From NCBI GenBank assembly GCA_964465045.1, contig CAYXJS010000002.1, positions 1 through 60,259 on the forward strand: a stretch of 60,259 bases of DNA, written 5' to 3'. The notes under the pieces were generated by a model, which was not told where the DNA came from, ran no database searches, and worked only from the letters and a program-made list of their open reading frames with translations. This document shows, piece after piece, positions 38,792-45,835 of this stretch; within the stretch, counting starts at the first letter, position 1; each line of letters opens with the position of its first letter. The stretch comes from an uncultured Bacteroidales bacterium. GTDB lineage: Bacteria; Bacteroidota; Bacteroidia; Bacteroidales; JAIPAH01. A program made the translations under genes and the position numbers.

Positions 38792-40240
38792 TCACAACGT
38801 TTTGTTTTTCAATTTATCTGTAAACTTAAACCAATAATCCTGATAAAAACGCCAACCTTCAATAAGAATGTTACGCATGTGTACATCAATTTCGTTTCGA
38901 AGATAGCCATATCCCACCAACATTCCAACAATAGTCATCAAAATAGTAACCAAAGCAACGCCCTGTAGTGTGAAATAGAAGCTGAATTGCGCGCTGGCAG
39001 AGAACAGGTTATCAAAAGCAAGCCCGGTGTTAAAAAGCAGTGTGATTAAAGCTACTCCTAAAACATATTTCATTACTACAAAAATAACAAAAACATCCCC
39101 AATGATATTGGCCAGTGTCATCCATATTACTTTAAAAAAGTTTTTTCGTGGTCGGTTTAAACTGTCCAGCGCCACACCTGTAAAACGATCAATGGGAAGC
39201 AAAAGGCCGTAAATGGCAAAAATTCTGAATATATCGGCTGTATGAACATATTGATGGCCTCCTAAAATAATAACAAATTCCTCGGCAAAAATGAACCCGA
39301 AAACAGCTACAGGCACTAAAAGGTAGGTGATGGCTCCGGCGTAAGTATAGTAGATTTTTTTAAACTCCTGGTAGTTTTTGTTGATGCTGGCTTTCGACAT
39401 CATAGGGTATGCTGTGGCCATAAAGCTGCGAATGGGAATTTCGATGATTTCAGTTAACTTAAGTGGCACACTATACATTGCTACACCCGTAGTACTCATA
39501 AATGTACTGATTCCCAGTATAAACGTATCAGAACTTTTAAGTAAATTGCTGCCTATTAGTGTTCCGGTGGTGTATTTTCCAAAATTCAGGATGACTTTAT
39601 TGGCGTTTTGGGTGGTTTTGCGGATGTACTTTAGGCCATCCCATTGCACAACCATAGTAAAAATACTTGTAACTAATTGTAAAGCAAGATAAACAGCTAC
39701 AACCACATCAATAGCATAGCCAAAAATAAAAAGGTTAAAAACCAGGAAAACAACAAAAGAGCCGGTCTGAATAATTCTTATGATCAGCACTTTTAAAAAA
39801 TCCTGGTCGGCCTGTAGAATGGATAAGGCGTTATTAAAGGGCAAATTCAAAAAAGCGAGCAATGGATACCACAAAAAGAACAATCGGTACCCGGAAGAAA
39901 CGGTAAGATCGGGAAAAGCAAAACGGGCTAATAACAAAATAACGGCAACAACTGCACTGACAATAAACCCGATAACCCAATTTGAGCCAATGAGGGTTTC
40001 GCGTTCTTTTCCTTCAGCTCCAGCCAGAAAGCGCACTATAGCAGTCCGTGTGATGCCAAAACGCAACATCTCAAGAAAATTGCCGGCAGTAATAAACAAC
40101 ACCCACTCTCCGAAATGGTCTTTAGTTAATGTACGGGTGAGCAAAACGAAGCTAAAAAACCCGAACACGGCCACAGACAGATTGCTGGCCAGGGATAATA
40201 CATTTTTGTTTGTCAGGATTTGCTTTATGAAACCAACCAC
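38792..40240 (-). CDS. MOP-superfamily oligosaccharide flippase (Wzx-like)
   Basis: 482 aa with about 12-14 TM helices and a typical polysaccharide-biosynthesis-protein N-terminus (IKQILTNKNVLSLASNLSVAVFGFFSFVLLTR). The start codon is GTG at 40240, and there is no in-frame ATG for about 55 codons. Confidence 0.8.
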   Translation of the reverse strand: MVGFIKQILTNKNVLSLASNLSVAVFGFFSFVLLTRTLTKDHFGEWVLFITAGNFLEMLRFGITRTAIVRFLAGAEGKERETLIGSNWVIGFIVSAVVAVILLLARFAFPDLTVSSGYRLFFLWYPLLAFLNLPFNNALSILQADQDFLKVLIIRIIQTGSFVVFLVFNLFIFGYAIDVVVAVYLALQLVTSIFTMVVQWDGLKYIRKTTQNANKVILNFGKYTTGTLIGSNLLKSSDTFILGISTFMSTTGVAMYSVPLKLTEIIEIPIRSFMATAYPMMSKASINKNYQEFKKIYYTYAGAITYLLVPVAVFGFIFAEEFVIILGGHQYVHTADIFRIFAIYGLLLPIDRFTGVALDSLNRPRKNFFKVIWMTLANIIGDVFVIFVVMKYVLGVALITLLFNTGLAFDNLFSASAQFSFYFTLQGVALVTILMTIVGMLVGYGYLRNEIDVHMRNILIEGWRFYQDYWFKFTDKLKNKTL

Positions 40241-40243
40241 TTC

Positions 40244-43147
40244 TTATTGATTCTGCGGTTCGTCGTCCTTAAACTTAATTCTCACCCTGAAAGGCGCAGT
40301 AGCTTTATGCTTAAAACGTTTCCATGCTGTATGACCTGTACGCGGAATACCGTGAAGCATTTCATCGATAGCATACTTATCAGCCTGGTTAAGAATAAAC
40401 ATCGGCTCTTCGTTGGAAACCTGCATAAAGTTTTCCAATGCCATTTGGTCTGCATTTTTCCAGCTTTCTGTTGCTTTTGAAACAAGGAGAGAGCCATCGA
40501 TTGTTTTCATCAAATCTAAAGGATAAGAATTGTGAATAATAGACGGAATTTCGAGCAGAATGTAATCATACTCTGCATTATCAGAACGCAGGGCAGTGGA
40601 ATCAAGTAATTGTTTTACATGATCAATTTCAAAAAAGCGGTTATTGATGTCATAAATATATTCGCTTTCAATAAATTGCTGGTCATTGGTTTGCTTGTAA
40701 TTCATATACAGTACGTTAGACTCGTACGATTCAAGTTTTTCTTTAAGATGATGTCCTACGGTGGTTTTTCCGGATTCAGGCTGTGTACTGAACAAGAGGA
40801 TGAAGTAGGGTTTCACCGGTTTGTTGATAGAAGTATGCCTTAACTGCAGGCTTAGATTCTGTATAATGATTTCGGTTAATCTGCTGATTGAGTATGGCAA
40901 ATCTATACTTTCATCCTGGATATTCAAATCCGGGAATATACCGGCCATTTTCAGGCTTGTAGCTTTTCTCAACTGTTCGGGAGACCTGTTGGAATTGTCG
41001 AAATACTCCAATACAAGGATGACAAAAACAACCAAAATTAGACCCAGGAAGCCTGCCGCTAACATGAGTATTTTGGTATTACCGCCGGTTACAGTGAGCG
41101 GATAATAGGGTTCATCCACCACTTTTATATTTGATGTCATATCAAGGTTTTGCTGCCTCATACGAGCCTCGTTCAGGCTACGTAGCAATTCCAGGTATTC
41201 TTGTTCATTGACATCGATTTCTCTTTCGATGCGTTTTAGCGTTGCTCCAAGCGGTGCAAAAACAGCATAGATCTCTTTATACTCTTCTTTCCTTCCCTGT
41301 AAAACAGCCAAACTTGCTTTTGCAGACTCGTATTCTATTACATTTTGCAACCAGTTATTCAACAGATCCTCAATGGGAACGCCTTCTATGGTTTGCTGAT
41401 ACATAAACAATTGGTCGAGGTAAAGCTTGATCTCATCTTCTAATCGTTCTTTTTTTGCCTGGAGTTCTCTAACGCCACGCGAAGTAATGTCGTCATAATC
41501 CTGAGCAACTTCATTAACGATTAGTTTTTCTGTAACTTTAGAAAGTTCATTACGTTTATTTGTCAGCATGTCGCTTTTCAGGAAAATACTGTCTTTTTTC
41601 ATGAGTTTGGATTCCAGTTTATCAAGAGAAGCCCTTGCCCCCTGCATATCCACCATCTTATCCTGATACGTTTTATCAAGCTCTTCTTTTTGTAATGCGA
41701 TTGCCTCGGTTTGCTCGCTGTAATTAATAAGGTTGTTTTTTTTGTTGAACTCTAACAAACGGTCTTCAGCCGCTTTTAATTTTTCGTTGGCTTTGCGTAC
41801 TTCTTCTTTAAAATAGTTTACCACCTGGTCGGTTTGACTTATGCGTAAGCCCTTGTAATTATTAATGAAAACACCGGTAAGAATTTTCAGCGTTTGTTGA
41901 CAAATTCCGGGATCATCAGAGGAATACGTTACTTTAACCAGGTCTGAATTCTGAACACGTGTTATTTGTGCTTTAGAAATGGCCTCAACGCTGTAATGGG
42001 GGTGTCCGTACTGCAAAAGTTCATAAATAAAATTGGAGTCACTGCTATGATAATAAGCAGTGAGGTTTTCTACCGTTCTGTAAAAATCATTTTCATCAAC
42101 ACCAGGAGGAATTATCGCATCTTTAGCTCTATGCTTTGTTACTTTTTTATCGGGATTTAAAAAGCCATGCTGTTCCATCACATACTTCTCTGAGTATTTT
42201 ATAGCATCTGTCTTCTGCTGCCGGCTTTTGGTATCCCGGGGTTTTTCTTTGCTCACAATAATGGTAGAACCTGTTGGAATCTCATTGGAGTTTAAATTGT
42301 TCCAGGCCTTTAAATCATTGATGGAAGCGTTGTATTGTCTTGCTATAGAGAATAATGTTTCGTTGGGTTGAATTGTATGATATTGATTTTTTTCTTGTGT
42401 TCCTCGGGTTTGGTTTTGAGATTGATGTTTTATAGGCTGATCAGCGCTTACAATCAAACGATCGCCTACCTTTAGATCGCCATCCTGCAAGTCGTTCATC
42501 CGGATTAGTTGTCCTACCGTTAAGTCATACTGAGCTGCAATAGATGCAAGCGATTCACCATATCTGACCATATGATGCATAACATCATCCTTTGTTTTTG
42601 TTGTGTCGCCGTTATTCTTTTCAGATTCTATATTATCTGGCTGTGCACTACCAATGGGTTGGTTTTTCATTCGGTTTAATTCGTCTTCCATTTGCTGAAT
42701 CTCATACTCACGCTCTTTGATTTGTTCCAATTTGTCCCGCTCAGCGCCGGTACGGCCATACTTTACTACCAAATCCTTGACTTCTTTGGGAACAATATTT
42801 TGCAACTGACGGTAATTTTGTTCAGAAATATACTGTTTGTTGTGTTTTTCAAGACTCAAGTGTTGAGCCAGAAGTTTTATAGCTGTTTGCTCCTTGGTGT
42901 TTCTGGAACCGATGATATTAATCAGGTTGTCGAACTGCATATTTGTCCCGTAAAAGTCTAAATTAGTTCTTTCCTGATTTTCAAGAGAATATCCGGAAGC
43001 GATTCCTGTATATATTGTTGTTTCAGATGTAAACGCCTTGGGTTGCCTCTTACCGAAAAAATATACTGAAACGACCAAAATAAGTGGTACACCAATCAGC
43101 AATAACAAATTCGCTTTAAGAAGCCTGAAGAATTGATTGAAATCCAT
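40244..43147 (-). CDS. Polysaccharide co-polymerase (Wzz/Wzc-like) carrying two periplasmic LysM domains and a degenerate C-terminal P-loop (BY-kinase-like) domain
   Basis: TM1 (LLLLIGVPLILVVSVYFF). Two LysM repeats (HMVRYGESLASIAAQYDLTVGQLIRMNDLQDGDLKVGDRLIVS; YHTIQPNETLFSIARQYNASINDLKAWNNLNSNEIPTGSTIIVS). Long coiled-coil region, GNVR-like IKVVDEPYYPLTVTGGN, and TM2 (ILMLAAGFLGLILVVFVILVL). Cytoplasmic domain with Walker-A-like FSTQPESGKTT and Walker-B-like YDYILLEIPS. Confidence 0.8.
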   Translation of the reverse strand: MDFNQFFRLLKANLLLLIGVPLILVVSVYFFGKRQPKAFTSETTIYTGIASGYSLENQERTNLDFYGTNMQFDNLINIIGSRNTKEQTAIKLLAQHLSLEKHNKQYISEQNYRQLQNIVPKEVKDLVVKYGRTGAERDKLEQIKEREYEIQQMEDELNRMKNQPIGSAQPDNIESEKNNGDTTKTKDDVMHHMVRYGESLASIAAQYDLTVGQLIRMNDLQDGDLKVGDRLIVSADQPIKHQSQNQTRGTQEKNQYHTIQPNETLFSIARQYNASINDLKAWNNLNSNEIPTGSTIIVSKEKPRDTKSRQQKTDAIKYSEKYVMEQHGFLNPDKKVTKHRAKDAIIPPGVDENDFYRTVENLTAYYHSSDSNFIYELLQYGHPHYSVEAISKAQITRVQNSDLVKVTYSSDDPGICQQTLKILTGVFINNYKGLRISQTDQVVNYFKEEVRKANEKLKAAEDRLLEFNKKNNLINYSEQTEAIALQKEELDKTYQDKMVDMQGARASLDKLESKLMKKDSIFLKSDMLTNKRNELSKVTEKLIVNEVAQDYDDITSRGVRELQAKKERLEDEIKLYLDQLFMYQQTIEGVPIEDLLNNWLQNVIEYESAKASLAVLQGRKEEYKEIYAVFAPLGATLKRIEREIDVNEQEYLELLRSLNEARMRQQNLDMTSNIKVVDEPYYPLTVTGGNTKILMLAAGFLGLILVVFVILVLEYFDNSNRSPEQLRKATSLKMAGIFPDLNIQDESIDLPYSISRLTEIIIQNLSLQLRHTSINKPVKPYFILLFSTQPESGKTTVGHHLKEKLESYESNVLYMNYKQTNDQQFIESEYIYDINNRFFEIDHVKQLLDSTALRSDNAEYDYILLEIPSIIHNSYPLDLMKTIDGSLLVSKATESWKNADQMALENFMQVSNEEPMFILNQADKYAIDEMLHGIPRTGHTAWKRFKHKATAPFRVRIKFKDDEPQNQ

Positions 43148-43920
43148 TATTCAAGTCCTTTAATTTGGTTAAACTTCATCCCTACCATATTTTGTAGCAG
43201 ATCATATGCTGTTTCAAATTCAGCTCTTGCTTTTTCATATTCAATGGCTCCCCGCGTAGCAATTTCTTTTAGCCGGGTTATTTCCGCCGTGGAGATCTGG
43301 CCGTTGACAAACTCGTTTTCAGCCATCTCCATTTGAATTTTAGTATAATGCTGATAATCATTATTTATTTTAAGAATTTTTTGTTGTTGCGCTAAGGTAT
43401 TGTATAGCTCAATTACATTGGCCCTGACTTCTTGCCGGTTGATTTCCTGTTGTGCCATAGAAATTTCCACCCATTTTTTTTGCTTATTGATGCGATTTCT
43501 TCGGTCGACCCAGGATGTCAGCGGAAAACGAATAGCAAATGCAAAATTAAAATTCCAACGGTGCGACTGAGTAAGGTAAAAGCGGTCTAATCGTGTTAAT
43601 TCATCCTTATCATTAAAGTAATATTGTCCGTAATTAAGTTCGGGTTCAAAATAGAAATGTTCAAGGTAATCACGTTGGGTTGATTTAACTTCATATCTGT
43701 AATAATCTGTACGCATCTTTTCTATTGTTACCTGGGGCGCGTTTGCCACGGCAGAATCCAATAAAGCTTCCAGGGGTGGCAGATAATCTGTAATATCATC
43801 GCTTAACGGGTCAAAATAGTCATCACCAGGTCTTTGTGCAACAGCGGTGTGGTACAACGTAACAACTACTATAATAAGGATCACTTTCCTCATAAAGAAT
43901 CGCATTTTCATTTTTTTCAT
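43147..43920 (-). CDS. Secreted half-length TolC/OEP-like outer-membrane protein (hypothetical)
   Basis: 257 aa with a signal peptide. LPPLEALLDSAVANAPQV resembles the start of an OEP repeat. A beta-hairpin-like aromatic stretch (FYFEPELNYGQYYF...WNFNFAFAIRFPL) follows, then long helices (...NRQEVRANVIELYNTLAQQQKILKINNDYQ...EYEKARAEFETAYDLLQNMVG). Only one repeat is present. Its stop overlaps the co-polymerase ATG by 1 nt. Confidence 0.6.
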   Translation of the reverse strand: MKKMKMRFFMRKVILIIVVVTLYHTAVAQRPGDDYFDPLSDDITDYLPPLEALLDSAVANAPQVTIEKMRTDYYRYEVKSTQRDYLEHFYFEPELNYGQYYFNDKDELTRLDRFYLTQSHRWNFNFAFAIRFPLTSWVDRRNRINKQKKWVEISMAQQEINRQEVRANVIELYNTLAQQQKILKINNDYQHYTKIQMEMAENEFVNGQISTAEITRLKEIATRGAIEYEKARAEFETAYDLLQNMVGMKFNQIKGLE

Positions 43921-44090
43921 TTTAAAAGCCTTTTAAGGCAATAAACTGCAATTTACTATAACTTTACATTTACTTTAAAACGAAAAGTGTAAAGTTTTCA
44001 AAAAGTTTTAAACAATTTTATATTTTTATGCTCCATTTTTGTTGTTTTCCTTCGATTTAATTTACCAAAAAGGGACAACAAATTCGGATT

Positions 44091-45287
44091 TTAAACATTT
44101 TCTTTTTGAAAAAGCGCCGGAATTGTCATAAAAATGATTTTCAAATCCAGCCAAAATGAATTATTCCTGGCATATTGATTATCAAGTGCTTTCCGCTCAT
44201 CTTCAGACATTTCACTTTTTCCGCGCTTATAAACCTGCCAAAGTCCCGTTATACCGGCAGGGCCTAAGAATCGTTCGCTCCATCCGTCAGAAGTCAACAA
44301 CTCTGCTTCGTATAAAGGCAATGGCCTGTTTCCTACAATAGACATATCGCCTTTAAGCACATTAAATAGTTGCGGTAGTTCATCAATACTGGTTTTCCGG
44401 ATAAAAGTGCCCACTTTCGTTATACGGGGATCATCCTTAAATTTGATAAAAGCCGATTGTGTTTTTGAGCGTTTTTGCCTCAGGTACTGATTTTCACATA
44501 TTTCTTTCCCGCCAATGTAGAGTATTGGAGAACAGGGTTTCCCTAAGCGTTCACAATCAGGACAATTTGCATCCACTTGTTCGTCATTCTCATTCTCGAG
44601 ATCTTCTTTGGTTTTATATTGATTCAGATGTTCCAGGTCTTTAAGCATTTTATCTGCCCCGGTATACATGGAGCGGAATTTAAGGAAATCAAAAACATTA
44701 TAACCAGTACCTACGCGCTTGGATTTATATACAATCGGACCTTTTGATTCAAGGCGTATTGCCAGGGCGGTAAGCAGGAAGACAGGCGATAACAAAATAA
44801 TGACCAGCGAGGCAAAAACAATATCAAAAGCCCTTTTGAAAAGGGGAATCTTATACTCCTGGCTTTGCGGTTCTTCGTTTTGTTTAACAGCGATGTTTTT
44901 TTTGTACTTTTTCAAAAAGGAGATGCGCTGATATAACCGATCCAGATTCAATGGTACCCGGTATAAATCATCTATTTTGTTGTTAACCGATTCTTGAAAA
45001 ACTTTCGGTTCAAAATCATGCGCGATTAAAATAAAAGGTATTTCAGGATTAATGTTTTTTTTCTGAAGCAGTTTATAGGTTTCGATCCCATCTATTCCAG
45101 GAATATGCACTTCACAAAGTATCCCGTCAACATCCGGATAATGAGCAAGAAAGTTCAACGCTTTCAGACTATTTTCCTTAACGGTGACAGTAAAGAATTC
45201 ATTTTCTTCAAAAGGTTTAATATTTCTTACATCACCCCCAATATAAAGAATATGATAAACGGGCTTTGATTGTTGTTCCTGTTCCAT
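44091..45287 (-). CDS. Initiating phosphoglycosyl transferase (Bac_transf family) fused to an N-terminal pseudo-receiver domain
   Basis: Residues about 11-128 align with CheY-like receivers, but the key residues are replaced (LYIGGD, LCEVHIPGIDG, LIAH, YRVPL). A TM helix (IVFASLVIILLSPVFLLTALAI) is followed by ESKGPIVYKSKRVG, FLKFRSM, DDPRITKVGTFIRKTSIDELPQLFNVLKGDMSIVGNRP and GITGLWQV, the signature of bacterial sugar transferases. Confidence 0.88.
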   Translation of the reverse strand: MEQEQQSKPVYHILYIGGDVRNIKPFEENEFFTVTVKENSLKALNFLAHYPDVDGILCEVHIPGIDGIETYKLLQKKNINPEIPFILIAHDFEPKVFQESVNNKIDDLYRVPLNLDRLYQRISFLKKYKKNIAVKQNEEPQSQEYKIPLFKRAFDIVFASLVIILLSPVFLLTALAIRLESKGPIVYKSKRVGTGYNVFDFLKFRSMYTGADKMLKDLEHLNQYKTKEDLENENDEQVDANCPDCERLGKPCSPILYIGGKEICENQYLRQKRSKTQSAFIKFKDDPRITKVGTFIRKTSIDELPQLFNVLKGDMSIVGNRPLPLYEAELLTSDGWSERFLGPAGITGLWQVYKRGKSEMSEDERKALDNQYARNNSFWLDLKIIFMTIPALFQKENV

Positions 45288-45316
45288 AAACCTGTTTTAT
45301 TTCGGAATTTGATTAA

Positions 45317-45688
45317 CTATTTTCGTGCCAAATGCAATTCAATCCTTAGCTCGAGCTCTTCAGGATTAAAAGGTTTTACTATATAATCGTTGGCGCCCAG
45401 TTTCAGTGTCTTTATTTTTTCTGCGCTACTTTCAATGCCTGAAAGCATAATCATGGGAATTTCCTTAAAATAACCGCTGGCTCTTACATTTTTTATAAAC
45501 TCATATCCATCCAGGTTTGGCATTTGTATATCTACAACAATCAAATCCGGAAAGTTTCCTTCCTGCAGCCAATTCAAGCCCTCTTCACCATCGCTCTTGG
45601 TAATAACGTCATATTTTTTTTTCAGGTAGTTTTCCAATAAAACCCGGATGGTTTTTTCATCATCAATGACTAGTATTTTCTTTTTCAT
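45317..45688 (-). CDS. Stand-alone CheY-like response regulator receiver (no output domain)
   Basis: MKKKILVIDDEKT...DLIVVDIQMPNLDGYEF...PMIMLSGIES...GANDYIVKPF, with all canonical receiver residues present. The track ORF starts at a TTG (45709); ATG at 45688 gives the usual N-terminus. Confidence 0.9.
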   Translation of the reverse strand: MKKKILVIDDEKTIRVLLENYLKKKYDVITKSDGEEGLNWLQEGNFPDLIVVDIQMPNLDGYEFIKNVRASGYFKEIPMIMLSGIESSAEKIKTLKLGANDYIVKPFNPEELELRIELHLARK

Positions 45689-45734
45689 AGACTGAATATT
45701 TGCATGCAATTCTTGGTTTATTCAACAACTCAAA

Positions 45735-45742
45735 CAAAAATA
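45735..45742 (-). promoter_or_regulatory. Candidate -7 promoter box (TATTTTTG on the minus strand) ahead of the polysaccharide locus
   Basis: Plus-strand CAAAAATA is the reverse complement of TAnnTTTG, 47 nt upstream of the receiver ATG, in the 126-147-bp gap after uvrB. Motif match only. Confidence 0.3.
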
Positions 45743-45835
45743 GGAATTTATTTGAATATGAATACGTTTATCTTGTCAAATTTGTTTCATTTATGGAAAA
45801 GCCTTTGTATTCTGTTTCATATTATTATGACGATT

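Noticed and set aside
20152-45709. The polysaccharide locus as a horizontally acquired island or mobile element.
   Set aside because: There is no integrase, transposase, tRNA target, flanking direct repeats or obvious compositional break visible by eye. The flanks are core genes (FKBP isomerase, uvrB).
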